From contig NC_057718.1 of assembly GCF_004010195.1 (NCBI RefSeq), positions 2,614,996-2,678,995 on the forward strand: a stretch of DNA of 64,000 bases. Direction: 5' to 3'. Below the pieces are notes generated by a model. It ran no database searches, was not told the origin of the DNA, and saw nothing but the letters and a program-made list of their open reading frames with translations. Each line of letters starts with the position of its first letter. Positions within the stretch are counted from its first letter, which is position 1. The translations under genes and the position numbers were made by a program. The stretch comes from Chiloscyllium plagiosum (taxonomy: Eukaryota). Of the stretch, positions 12,947 to 25,453 are shown piece by piece.

Positions 12947-14349
12947 CATATTGTACATTTTTAAATGTTCTGCCAATACCATCATCACCATCTCCCTAAT
13001 GTGGCTGAGTTAACTACATTGGCAGGTAGGGCATTCCACGCCCTTACCACTCTCTGAGTAAAGAACCAGCCTCTGACATCTGTCTTAAATCTATCACCCC
13101 TCAATTTGTAGTTATGCCCCCTCGTACAAGCTAATGTCTTCTTGAACAACTACAGTCCATTTGCAGTAGGTAGACCTTTAATGCCCTTAAGCAGGGAATT
13201 CAAGGATCTTGACCCAATGACACTTAGGAACATTGATATAATTCCAAATTAGGATGGTGAGTGGTTGAGATGGGAACTTGCAGGCAGTGATGTTCCCATG
13301 TATCTGATGCCCCTATCCTTCTAAATGGAAGTCATTGTGCATTTTGATCTTGCTGCAGAAGAAATTGTGCCCAAAATGTCAATGCATTTCTGAAGAGATT
13401 TAAATAATAGTATTGTACACATTGCATATTTAATTATTTTTGCTTATGTTGATGGATTTTGTTTGGTCAGAAACCGTCACACATGTAGTTCTATGGTTTA
13501 GTGTAAACCTGTTCTCGCTTTTTAACTCCTACCACCCTGACAGATTCATTCCATACAGCAGTACAGAGGATCTGTTCGTGTGGGAATAAGCTTATTCTGA
13601 TCTTTTTCTTTAAAGATCCAATCCTTCTCCAGTCTCCGAACCTGGAACGTGTCACCGAGGGTCACACTGCCCGGTTAAAGTGCACCAGGTGGAACGCCAC
13701 AGTGACACACCAATGTTCAGTAGTACCAGGAGCAACAAGGGAATAAAATAGAGTGGGTTTTAACACATGATGTGAGGAACATCGCAGGAAGGAGCCCAGG
13801 ATTCACTGACCGATTTCAGCCTTCCAGAAACCCCTCCAGTAACAACTTCAATCTGACCATCACAAACGTGCAGCCCAGTGACACTGGGGTCTATTACCGC
13901 TCAGTGTTGGAAAGTATCAATGGGAGAGGAAGCCAGCTCAATATCACCAGTAAATAGAGTTTACATGACAATCACCTTCAACAATAACATCTTGCCCAAT
14001 GAATGGATTGGAGATCAGTTTGTGATCAAGAAGATTGAGGAGGTGATGGAGAGTGATCTTGGGGATGGATTCTCTGTGGGGAGGAAGCTGAGCTCAGGTG
14101 CAGTAATTTATTTAATTGGTTTGTGAGATGTGGGTGTTACTGGCTGGGCCAGCATTTATTGCCCATCCTTCATTGCCCTTGAGAAGGTGGTGCTGAGCTA
14201 TCTTCTTGAACCACTGCAGTGGCCCATTGTCATTACTGGATTTAGGTTGGGCTCCTGCACAACCTGTTAAGACCCTGCTAAACGGTTGTTCAAAAGCTGT
14301 GATCAGGATTTCAGGTGAAGCTTTAACTGAGGGTTGGAGATTTCCCAAG
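12947..14349 (+). repeat. Segmental duplication, copy A (copy B at 43751-45157)
   Basis: Near-identical colinear 1.4 kb, offset 30804-30808. Confidence 0.97.
13616..13949 (+). pseudogene. Germline-joined VJ-type Ig V-domain exon (Va, copy A), pseudogenised
   Basis: Acceptor tttttctttaaag|, donor |gtaaat, phase 1-1. (D)PILLQSPNLERVTEGHTARLKCT..[-2 nt]..VQ*YQEQQG..GFTDRF..NFNLTITNVQPSDTGVYYRSVLESINGRGSQLNIT. TAG at the Trp position (13721); second Cys replaced by Arg. Confidence 0.92.
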
Positions 14350-15300
14350 TTCTGACATGGACCAGCTTGTCTGGTAAAATTTAACAGCTCTATCTAATCT
14401 TGACCAATAAATTTTTAAAAATATTTTAGCTTGTGTTCCTCATCCATAAATGACCTGCCATTGGAATTTCATGAGCTAAATTGTGAACATTCATTCTGAT
14501 CCTCAGATGGAGTGACCACCTGATGGATCACTGTCCATTCCTCATCACCTGGTATTTCCTCAATAATGCTTTACCTTTCAAGTAATAACACTAAGGGATT
14601 CTTCTGATTCCAATTCTCAGGAGGGTATTTGATAAAACTCTCCCAAGTCAGGATTTATTTCTTCCATTTCTGCTAAAGAAGATATTCTGAACATATCAGT
14701 CTTCTGTTTCTCTTCATTCTTTTCATCGACAAGTTTTTCAAAATTGAGTCTGATAACAGTAACTCCAATCAAACGCATTGTTTCATCAACCACTTTTCCC
14801 ATTGTTCTAACTGTGTGAACCTGACATCTAGTCACTATACCATCAGGAATCAATCCAGAATACTCCCCCCATACCATTTCAGTCTATTTCACCTCCATTG
14901 TTGTTAAACCATCCTTGGTAGCTAATGTGTTTGAATCTGCCAAGTCATTCCAGAAAAATAAATTCCCTAATAGGAATGTATTACACTCTTCCAACTACAA
15001 CAACTCCATAGACCAAGTTATTTATTAATTCGGCTCTGTTCAGTGATACTGGGGTGTAAGCACCAAGATTGCCTGCAATAAGTATTTTCTCATTCATTAA
15101 CCCTTCAGGAAAATAAACAGTCTCATCAGTGGCTGACTTGTTTAATTCTCTCTCAAAATCTATATTGGTTTACCTTTTTGATTTGAAACTGAAGGAGACA
15201 CCGTTCCTTTTGAGATGGAATTCTCAGAACATCACATGGTCTGAATTTATTAAGGCTTTTTTTTAATGATCCTCTTGTTCTTTATTTCTGTGATTTGACT
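14350..15300 (-). mobile_element. Old Gypsy (Gmr1-like) pol fragment, protease to integrase Zn-finger region
   Basis: Reverse strand gives degenerate ..IPDGIVTRCQ.., EEWTVIHQVV, LAHEIPMAGHL. Confidence 0.6.
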
Positions 15301-15309
15301 CTAAGCCAG

Positions 15310-15830
15310 GGTGTACTGGTGTTGAAGGAGGTTCAGATGATGATTACAAGAGTGATCCTGACAATCAAGGGCTTGTCATATGAGGAATAGCCGATGGCTT
15401 TGGGCCTGTATTCAATGAAGTTTATAGGGGAGGGGGGGGGGGGGGGGGGGGGGGATCTGATGCAAACTTACAGAATAAAAGGCCTGGATAGAGTGGATGT
15501 GAAGAAGATGTTTCCATGGGTAAGAGAGACTACGGTCCAAGGGCACAGCCTCAAACTGAAGGAACGACCCCTTAGAACTGACATGTGGAAGAATTTCTTC
15601 ACTTGAAGGGTGTTAAATCTATCAAACTCATTGCTGCAGAGGGTTGTTGAGGCCAAGTCATTGAGCGTATTTAGAGACAGATATATTTCTTGATTTATAA
15701 GGGATCAAGGATTACAGGAAGAAGACAGGTGAATGTGTTAAGAAGCATACCAGCCATGATCAAATGGCAGAGCAAACTCGATGGGCCAAATGGCCTTACA
15801 ACACTCCATTATCTCATAGTGCTTTGGTTT
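15310..15830 (+). mobile_element. CR1 LINE 3' fragment containing a ~23-nt poly-G run
   Basis: GDLMQTYRIKGLDRVDVKKMFP..KNFFT; G run ~15432-15454. Confidence 0.8.
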
Positions 15831-15964
15831 AAAATGTCTTGTTTATTTTGAATACTTACCTCTACTTTTTCACTCTTACAATCTGTCATTTCTCATTAAA
15901 TTTAAATTGGAGTTGTTCACAACCTTCAAACTAAATTTAATTTATTCACACTATTCTCTTAAAG

Positions 15965-16294
15965 CTGTAAATGTCTCTGACCTTGGAACGTGTCACCGAG
16001 GGTCACACTGCCCGGTTACACTGCGCCATGAGGAACATGGCAGTGACACAGACTGATGTTCACTGGCACCGGGAACAACCAGGACATAACACAGAGTCGG
16101 TTTTAACACAAGACATGAGGAACAACCCTTAAAATAGAGCCCAGGATTCACTCTACGATTCCAGTCATTAAGAGACCCCTCCAAGAACAGCTTCATTCTG
16201 ACCACCACAAACATGCAGTTCAGTGACACTGAGGTCTATTATTGTAAAATGTGGGGAGGTATCAGTGGGAATGGAACCCAGCTGACTGTAACAG
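15965..16294 (+). pseudogene. Germline-joined VJ-type Ig V-domain exon (Vb), pseudogenised
   Basis: Acceptor ttctcttaaag|, donor G|gtaagt. ..LERVTEGHTARLHCAMRNMAVTQTDVHWHREQPG..[stop/frameshift ~16130]..SPGFTLRF..SFILTTTNMQFSDTEVYYCKMWGGISGNGTQLTVT. N-terminal deletion relative to Va. Confidence 0.92.
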
Positions 16295-17229
16295 GTAAGT
16301 CCTGTTTATCTTAGAATAATCTAACACAGTAACCTTTTCCACATGGATTTATTGGAGATGAGAATGTGTTAAATTCCTCTGGTACAGAGAAAGCAGAGAG
16401 CTCAATATAAACATAGAATAGTTACTTTCTCTTGTTTTACTCCAAGATAGAATAAACGGTTTCTTCTCTTGGACCAGTTCCTCAATCTCAAACTCTTTCT
16501 CTTCTGCTTCTCCATCTCGTTTGTTCTCAGTGTTGTATTGAACATTCTCCTGTCTCTGTCTGGTTTTGTTTCATTCAGTCTTGGCTAATGGCCACCACTA
16601 GTTGGGCCAGCACTTATGGTCCATTTTGAATGGTCCTTGAGAAGAAATGTCTTCACCCAGAGAGTGGGGAACCTGTGGAATTCTCTGTCACAGGAAGCAT
16701 TAAGGCCAAAATATTGAATGATTTCAAAAAGGAGTGAGATAAAGTTCTTTCGGCTAATGGGATCAAAAAGTATTGGGGAAAAAATGTGAACAGGGGACTG
16801 AGTTGGATGATTAGCCATGATTATGTTGAAAGGCAGTGGAGACTAAATGGGCAGAATTACCTACTCCTCCTCCTTTCGATGCTTTGAGACTATGATGAAT
16901 GGAAACATTTCAGTCATGATCAAATTGCAGAACACATTCAATGGTCTGAATGACCTCATTCTGCTCCTATATCTCATGGTCTCATGGTCTAATGGTCTCA
17001 TGGTCTCATGGTCTCATGGTCTTTGTTTCAAATGGGAAATTTCAAACTCTCAGCTCTTGAGACTTTGGGTAATCATTTCCCACAACCCCTTGATGCTCAA
17101 TGACACTCCCATCTCTACCTCTGATGTCCTTTGCCTGAGCTAAAACCTTCTTCATCCCACCCTGGTTACACCCCTTCTTATGACACTCATTCATTCCTTT
17201 AGTCTAAAAGACACAGAAAGAGGGACACA

Positions 17230-18153
17230 AGAACAGGAGAAGGCCAATCAGCCCATCAAGTCTATCCATCCTGTCAATTAAATGATGCTGATGGATGATC
17301 GAATATTATCTCAACTCAACATTCCTACTTATTCCTGTTCACCTTTAATCCCCCGGGTCATCAAGAATCTCCCTCCCTCTGCCTTAAAAACATTTAAGGA
17401 TTCTGCATCCACTGCCTTTTGATGAAGGGAATTCCAAAGACTCACAACCCGCTGAGAAAAAAAACATTTCCTCATCTCTGTCTTCAATGTGCACTTCCTT
17501 ATTTTTTAACTGTGACTCCTAATTATAGAGCCATACGGCACAGAAACAGACCCTTTCTTCCAGCTGGTCCATGCCGAACAGAATCCCAAACCAAACTAAT
17601 CCCACCTACCTCCTCCTGGTCCATACAACCTCCAAATCTTTCTTATTCATGTATCAATAAAAATGCATTTTAAATGTTGCAATTGTACCCACATCCATCA
17701 CTTCCTCAGGAAGTTCATTCTGAACACTAACCACCTCTGTGTAAAAAAAAATGCCTCTTATGTCTTTTTTATAAATCTCTTTCCTCTAACCTTAAAAAAG
17801 GGTGCTCTTGAGTCTTGAAATTTCACATCTTTGGGAAAAGACAAATATCATAAAGTCTACCTATACCTCTCACTGTTTTATAAACTTCTATAAGGTCACC
17901 GCTCAACCTCCTTACGCTCCAGTGAAAAAAGTCCCAAACTATCCAGCCTTTCTTTACAACTGAAATCTTCCATACCCAGCAACATCCTTGCAAATTTCTT
18001 CTGTACCTTCTCCAGCTTGATTCAAGACTCTCTCTGAAGAGAAACCATCCTTTCCATGTCCTTCTGATCAAGTCCCCTCAGGATCTTACAGGTTTCAATG
18101 AAATCCCCTCTGAGTCCAAGGGGATCCAGAGTGAACACATCTGGAGGAAGGGT
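17230..18153 (-). mobile_element. Stacked CR1 3' fragments up to the gap
   Basis: Minus-strand RRLSGDLIEVYK and LRGDFIETCKILRGLD. Confidence 0.75.
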
Positions 18154-18653
18154 NNNNNNNNNNNNNNNNNNNNNNNNNNNNNNNNNNNNNNNNNNNNNNN
18201 NNNNNNNNNNNNNNNNNNNNNNNNNNNNNNNNNNNNNNNNNNNNNNNNNNNNNNNNNNNNNNNNNNNNNNNNNNNNNNNNNNNNNNNNNNNNNNNNNNNN
18301 NNNNNNNNNNNNNNNNNNNNNNNNNNNNNNNNNNNNNNNNNNNNNNNNNNNNNNNNNNNNNNNNNNNNNNNNNNNNNNNNNNNNNNNNNNNNNNNNNNNN
18401 NNNNNNNNNNNNNNNNNNNNNNNNNNNNNNNNNNNNNNNNNNNNNNNNNNNNNNNNNNNNNNNNNNNNNNNNNNNNNNNNNNNNNNNNNNNNNNNNNNNN
18501 NNNNNNNNNNNNNNNNNNNNNNNNNNNNNNNNNNNNNNNNNNNNNNNNNNNNNNNNNNNNNNNNNNNNNNNNNNNNNNNNNNNNNNNNNNNNNNNNNNNN
18601 NNNNNNNNNNNNNNNNNNNNNNNNNNNNNNNNNNNNNNNNNNNNNNNNNNNNN
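18154..18653. other. Assembly gap (further gaps at ~20103-20596 and 36590-37089)
   Basis: N runs of about 500. Confidence 1.
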
Positions 18654-19630
18654 CAACTACACCTCCGATTCCCATCCCCTGCTGAGCTAGTTTAAACCCA
18701 CCCGAATAGCACAGCAAATTTCCCACCCAGGATATTACTACCCCTTTGGTTCAAGTGAACACAGTCCTGTTTGTACAAGTCCCACCTTCCACAGAATGAG
18801 CCCCAATTATCCAAAAACCTGAAACCCTCCCTCCTGCACCATCCTTGCAGCCACATGTTCAGCTGATATCTCTCCTTATTCCTTGCCTCGCTATCATGTG
18901 GCATGGATAACAATCCAGAGATAACAACTCTGCTTATTCCTGCTCTCAGCTTCCACCCTAGCTCCCTATCTTACATCCCTATCCCTCTTTCTACCTATGT
19001 CGTTGGTACCTACATGGACAACGACTTGAGGCTGGTCACCCTCTCCCTTCAGGACCCCCAAGATACGATCTGAGACATCACGGACCCTAGCACCTGGGAG
19101 GCAACACATCCGCGAGTCTCGTTTGTTCCCTACAAGCCTTCTATCTGAGCCTCTAAATATTGAGTCCCCAATGACTAACATTCTCCTCCTTTCCTTCATT
19201 CCCTTCTGTGCAACATGGACAGGCTCTGTGCCAGAGACCTGGGCTCCACTGCTTGCCCCTGGTAAGTCGTCCCCCTCAACAGTATCCAAAACGGTATACA
19301 TGTTTCTCGGGCGAACGAGCACAGGGGATCCCTCCACTGACTGTTTTTCCCCTTTCGAACAGTCACCCAGCTTTCTTCTTGCCTAGGAGTAACTACTTCC
19401 CTGTAACTCCTTTCTATCACAGCCTCTGCCTTCTGAATGATCCGAAGTTGATCCAGCTCCCGCTCCAGTTGACTAACACAGTCTAGGAGGAGCGAGCGTT
19501 GGGTGCACTTCCTGAAAATGTACTTGGATGGGACACATTTGGCATCCCTGACCTCAAACATCATGCAGGAGGAACATTGCTCTCCGTGCATTGCCATCCC
19601 TGCTAGTCCCCGAGTCACAAAATAAAAAAG
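18654..19630 (-). mobile_element. CR1/L3 LINE 5' region: ORF1 with Zn-finger/coiled coil and SGNH esterase domain (frameshifted)
   Basis: CSSCMMFEV..RKCTQ, VIGDSIFRG, CCLPGARVRDV, VHVGTNDIG, DCVHLN. Confidence 0.88.
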
Positions 19631-19632
19631 AG

Positions 19633-21075
19633 GCTCAAAGTTTGGGAGAAGATTTGTAGCTCGGGTGCTCATTGTTGTGGTTCTGTTCGCCGAGCTGGGA
19701 ATTTGTGTTGCAGACGTTTCGTCCCCTGTCCAGGTGACATCCTCAGTGGCTTGGGAGCCTCCTGTGAAGCGCTTCTGTGATGTTTCCTCCGGCATTGAAA
19801 GTGATTTGTATCTGCCGCTTCCAGTTGTCAGTTCCAGCTGTCCGTTGCAGTGGCCGATACATTGGGTCCAGGTCGATGTGCTTATTGATTGAATCTGTGG
19901 CTGAGTGCCATGCCTCTAGGAATTCCCTGGCTGTTCTCTGTTTGGCTTGTCCTATAATAGGAGTGTTGTCCCAGTAGAGCTCATGTTGCTTGTCATCTGA
20001 GTGTGTGGCTACTAAGGATAGCTGGTCATGTCGTTTCGTGGCTAGTTGGTGTTCATGGATGCGGATCATTAGCTGTCTTCCTGTTTGTCCTATGTAGTGT
20101 TTNNNNNNNNNNNNNNNNNNNNNNNNNNNNNNNNNNNNNNNNNNNNNNNNNNNNNNNNNNNNNNNNNNNNNNNNNNNNNNNNNNNNNNNNNNNNNNNNNN
20201 NNNNNNNNNNNNNNNNNNNNNNNNNNNNNNNNNNNNNNNNNNNNNNNNNNNNNNNNNNNNNNNNNNNNNNNNNNNNNNNNNNNNNNNNNNNNNNNNNNNN
20301 NNNNNNNNNNNNNNNNNNNNNNNNNNNNNNNNNNNNNNNNNNNNNNNNNNNNNNNNNNNNNNNNNNNNNNNNNNNNNNNNNNNNNNNNNNNNNNNNNNNN
20401 NNNNNNNNNNNNNNNNNNNNNNNNNNNNNNNNNNNNNNNNNNNNNNNNNNNNNNNNNNNNNNNNNNNNNNNNNNNNNNNNNNNNNNNNNNNNNNNNNNNN
20501 NNNNNNNNNNNNNNNNNNNNNNNNNNNNNNNNNNNNNNNNNNNNNNNNNNNNNNNNNNNNNNNNNNNNNNNNNNNNNNNNNNNNNNNNNNNNNNNNTGTC
20601 ATCCACATATCTGACCCAGAGTTTGGGTTGAATTTGCGGTAAGACTGTTTGTTCTAATCTTTGCATTACCGCTTCTGCTATGAGTCCCGAGATTGGTGAG
20701 CCCATGGGTGTGCCGTTGATTTGTTCATATATTTGGTTGTTAAATGTGAAGTGTTTTGTGAGGCACAGGTCCAGTAGTTTGAGTATGCCGTCTTTGTTGA
20801 TAGGTTCACTGTCCTGTTGTCTGTTGTGTATGTCCAGCAGGTTGGCTATTGTTTCTCTGGCTAGGGTTTTGTCGATAGAGGTGAACAGTGCTGTTACATT
20901 GAATGAGACCATAGTTTCTTCCTTGTGTATATTTCTGATGATGTCCAAGAATTCCTGTGTTGAAAGTATAGAGTGTCTGGATCCACTGATCAGGTGTTTC
21001 AGTTTCTGCTGTAGTTATTTAGCCAGTTTGTGTGATGGCGTCCCTGGTAGTGATACTATGGGTCTGAGTAGGTCT
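19633..21075 (-). mobile_element. Penelope-like element (RT plus GIY-YIG endonuclease), 5'-truncated, spans a gap
   Basis: ORF 19743-20948: GTPMGSPISG, WVRYVDD, HYIGQTGR..RIHEH, REFLEAWHS; pLTR hammerhead 19713-19746. Confidence 0.95.
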
Positions 21076-21084
21076 ATGGGTCAC

Positions 21085-21694
21085 ACTACCATAAATGAAA
21101 AACATTTCTGAATTGACAGCCAGACTACTGCGACCACGAGGACTCATAACAGCACACAAACCAACAGCCACTCTCAGACAACAACTCACCAGAACAAAGG
21201 ACCCAATACCCAGCATGAGCAAAACCAATGTAGTGTACAAAATCCCATGCAAGGACTGCACAAAACACTACATAGGACAAACAGGAAGACAGCTAACGAT
21301 CCGCATCCATGAACACCAACTAGCCACAAAATGACATGATCAGCTATCCTTAGTAGCCACACATTCAGATGACAAGCAACATTTGAGTTCGACTGGGACA
21401 ACACTACTATTATAGGACAAGCCAAACAGAGAACAGCCAGGGAATTCCTAGAGGCTTGGCACTCATCCACAATTTCAATCAATAAGCACATCGACCTGGA
21501 CCAAATGTATCGGCCACTGCAACGGACAGCTGGAACTGACAACCGGAAGTGGCAGATACAAATCACTATAAATGCCGGAGGAAACATCACAGAAGCGCTT
21601 CACAGGAGGCTCCCAAGCACTGAGGATGTCACCTTGACAGGGGATTGAAATGTCTGCAACACAAATTCCCAGCTCGGCGAACAGAACCACAACA
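21085..21694 (+). mobile_element. Inverted 3' copy (pLTR/endonuclease) of the same Penelope element
   Basis: VVYKIPCKDCTKHYIGQTGR; reverse complement of ~19665-20102. Confidence 0.93.
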
Positions 21695-22189
21695 AAAAAG
21701 AGACGCTTACCTGATATGTCCCTGGTCTTTAAGGTTAGAGGTGATGGTTGGGTGGTAGGCCCTACAAAGGTAGGGTCTTGGGTTGAGAAGACACAGACGT
21801 ATATAGTAGGATGGAAATAAAAATAAGAAATATAAATAAAAATAATAAGTAACTCAATTATTCCTGCCTGGGAGCTCCCAGCCTCTCTCAAATCTGGTGG
21901 GGAATGTGTATCTCAGAGACAATGACAGTTGAAGCTGCAGCTGGTCTTATCACCATGAGGGCTGTGGAGGAAAAATGACCAATGATGACCGGATATCACA
22001 TGGCATTCAATGCCCACTGTTGGTTTTTAATTCCACTTCATTGGTTGTTGTGTTCAGTCTCACGGTCAGTGGGTCAGGGGAGCTGTATGAGACATGGAGG
22101 ACTCAATGAATGGCAGGACATGAGGAAACTCAGAGGGACAGAGGGAGCTTGGGCAGCTTGCCCACAGATCCCTGAAGGTGGCAGGACAC

Positions 22190-23100
22190 GTTAATAGAGG
22201 CATTATGATGGGACACTTGCCTTTATCAATCAAAGCATAGACTGTAAGAACAGGGAGGTGATGTTGGAGCTGTATAGGACATTGTTCAGGCCACAGTTGG
22301 AGGACTGTGTGCAGTTCTGGTCCCCACACTACAGGAAAGATGGGATTGTACTGGAGGGGGTGCAGAAGAGATTCACCAGGATGGTGCCCGGGATGGAGCA
22401 GCTTAGTGATGAAGAGAGGCTGGCTAAGTTTGGGTTGTTTTCTTTGGAAGAGGAAAGGTCAGAGGGTGGGAATCTGAGTGTGGTTTAGAACATTATGAGG
22501 GGCATAGACACAGTGAATAGAAAGCAGCTTGCTCCCTAAGTTTGAGGGTTAAAAAGGGGGTTTTATGATTCTATGACTCTCAAAACTAGGGGACATATTT
22601 TTAAGGTGACGGGGGAAAGATTTAAAAAGGACTTGAGGGGCAACTTTTTCACACAGAGAGTGGAACAAATTGCAGAGGAAGTACTAGATGCAGATACAGT
22701 TACAACATTTAAACAACATTTGGGCAGGAACATGAACAAGAAAGGCGTAATTGGATATGGACAAAACATAGGCAAATGAGAGTGGTTTAGTTTGGGAAAC
22801 TTGGTCAGCATGAACAGACTCCGTGCTATACGACTCGATGACTCTGTGAAAAGCAGAAGATTTAGAGGGGATTTTAAGGAAAAGTATTTTCACCCAGAGG
22901 GTGGTGAGAATCTGGAATTCATGGGTTTAGAGGGTAATTGAAGTGGGAAATCTCAACCTTCAAAATGCACTTGGATAAGCAACTGCAATGTCAGAATATT
23001 CAAGGCTGTGAACGTAGTGGTGGAAGTTTGGATGAGTGTAGGTTTTGTGTTGGGATTGATGGGAAAGACTCAATGGTCTGAAAGGTCTCTTTTGTCCTGA
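22190..23100 (+). mobile_element. Nested CR1 3' fragments
   Basis: [24 protein letters not shown]; RGHIFKVTGERFKKDLRGNFFTQRV. Confidence 0.85.
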
Positions 23101-25189
23101 ATGATGATTCCTCATGGTGATGACATCATCACTATCTCACAGCCTGTGACCTGAGAGTACAAAAATCTCTGACTCCATCTTGTATCAGATCACATAAAGC
23201 ATGCGACTGTACTGGAAATAATCCTGCTCTGTGTAACCCAACCGCTAATGTTAGCCCAGACATTGACAAGCCTGAGAAAGGTGATATTTGCATATAATAG
23301 GAGTCTCCTCCACTTCTGAAGCAGCTGCACACAATAGTAGCTTTTAGACTCATGAATAACACAATCCCCACACCCAGATTCTCATGTTCTCGGAGATAGC
23401 ATAAACATTGCTGCACCCTGTAAACTACCCTGTTGGAAGCAAAACTCGAAACATACTTTTAAGCTCACATTAATAGAGTGATCCCATTTCTGCAATGGCT
23501 AACAGGAAAAAGAGAAATATTAAAGCCTGTAATCTAAAACATGGACACAATTATGACTTATTTAGAATTATTTCACATTCTAACAATATTTACTGCTTAT
23601 GGGCAAAAGGGATTTCCCTCCCTGGAACCAGATCCATGTTAGCAGCCTCCTTCATTCATTAGTGTCAGTGGAAAAACATTTGTTTCTGAGACTGGAGAGT
23701 TTGGATTGAAAGCTGAGTCCGGAGATGTGATCGTACCATCCAGGCTGCTCCCTCAGTGCAGTACAGAGGCAGTGCAGCACTGTCAGCAGGACAGGCTTCT
23801 CAATGAGTTGTCACACTGAAGTCCTGTCTTCTCAAGCAGAAAACAAATTATCTTTAGAAGAAAATGTTTTCCTTAAAGGGTTGATAATCTTTGGAATTCT
23901 CTCTACCAAAGAATTGACAATGTTCCATCACTGAGAGTATTTCAGTTTGGAATGGACTGACCTTCAGTTTCTCCAAGAATTTCTGGGATATGAGGAACAG
24001 GTGGGAAAGTGTATTATCCGCCAGGATTGTATTGAATGGTGGAGCAGCTAGGAGAAGCTGCCGGCTTTACAAAATAAAAGCAAATTACTGCGGATGCTGG
24101 AATCTGAAACCAAAAGAGAAAATGTTGGAAAATCTCAGCAGGTCTGGCAGCATCTGTAAGGAGAGAAAAGAGCTGATGTTTCAAGGGACAAAGGGTCAGT
24201 TAGACTCGAAACATTAGCTCTTTTCCCTCCTTTCAGATGCTGCCAGATCTGTCGGCTTTACACTTGCTCCTATTCCTTATGTTCTTATATTCTGAAGCAA
24301 CATTGCTCTCCCAGTGACCTTGCTGTGTTTAAATCAGTTCCTCTTCTTTCTGATAACAGTGACCACACTTCAAAAGCACAATCCCAGATGGAAAATCAGG
24401 AACAAAATCAGGAATACTTGGACATGAACATCCCAGTCAGATTCTGAATTACACAAAGCAAGTTGGACCAGTACGTCTCATTTGGTAATTTGAGTGATTT
24501 GGCTTTCCTGCTGAAGGATCAGTCACTGTTCAACATAAGGGCTAATTGGAGATGAGCCAAGCTCAGCTGCTCTCCAATAACCACTCATGTGTGTCTAAGA
24601 GATCATGTAGAGATCTGGGATCAGTCCTCCTGGTCTCTCTCTCTGCCAGGGAGTAATGAAGAGAGACACAAGCTGTTATGGAGTGGAACTGTTTTTATCT
24701 TTTGTATTTTTGATTGTGAATTGAAATGGCAAATTAAAAGCTTTGCAAATCAAAGATTGTTGATGGACTGCTACACTTTCGGAGATCAACTAACCTGACC
24801 CTCATTGCAAGTGCTGTTTACACGGCTGACTGCTGGGGCAGTAGAGGAAGAGGGTTTGCAGACCAGGTAGAGCTGGAAGGTGGAGAGAGAGGGAAAGGCT
24901 CTGGGAGGAGGGTATGTAATAATTGAGATGTAACTGGCAACATGTAGCTGATTGGTTTGTGAACATGCGATCAATTATTGATAATAAATGTTTTCTGCCT
25001 CCCAATAGCAATGTGAGAATTCAAAGGAAGCTGAACAACTTTGGGAGTGTGAACAACAGAGAGAACCCATCAGACCTGTACCAGCTCAAAATCAGTCTCT
25101 CTGTTCTCTGCAGTAAAACAGTATTTTAAAGCTGAAGAAAGTCAGGTGATTCCTCCTTCAGCAATTCCTTTAAGCTGCAACTTTTAATG

Positions 25190-25280
25190 AATCAGTCAGG
25201 GAGCTGCTGTAAGTGTAAATCAGTCAGGGAGCTGCTGTAAGTGTAAATCAGTCAGGGAGCTGCTGTCAGTATGAATCAGT
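25190..25280 (+). repeat. 28-bp tandem repeat x3 plus partial copy, in the putative proximal promoter/5' UTR
   Basis: aatcagtcagggagctgctgtaagtgta at 25190, 25218 and 25246 (variant). Confidence 0.9.
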
Positions 25281-25393
25281 TCCTCCGGTGTCTCCTGTAA
25301 ACAGGTGAAAGCACAAGGAGAAGCAAGATTAAGAAACAGTGTCTGAGCAGCACAAGAATCAACTCAGAAAACTCTGTGGACAGGCAGTCTGAA

Positions 25394-25451
25394 ATGTCTC
25401 CCCAGTCTTTGTCCATAGCGCCCATATTTTTTATCTGTCTCTGCGTGCCTG
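25394..25451 (+). pseudogene. Signal-peptide (leader) exon of the Ig-like receptor gene
   Basis: gaaATG; MSPQSLSIAPIFFICLCVP+G, hydrophobic core, phase-1 end matching the V exons; donor GT (25452) immediately broken by a Penelope insertion. Confidence 0.65.
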
Positions 25452-25453
25452 GT

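Noticed and set aside
13698-13736. CACAGTG heptamer inside Va (also in copy B) as a possible RSS
   Set aside because: No ACAAAAACC-like nonamer at 12- or 23-bp spacing, and it lies in CDR1 rather than after the second Cys. Other isolated heptamers (e.g. 10276, 11239) also lack nonamers.
16972-17020. (tctcatgg)n and (aacatag)n at ~50686 as functional repeats
   Set aside because: Typical short tandem tails of CR1-family LINEs and SINEs
18022-18726. Long ORFs across N runs (also 20003-20642, 36369-37161)
   Set aside because: Artefacts of gap translation
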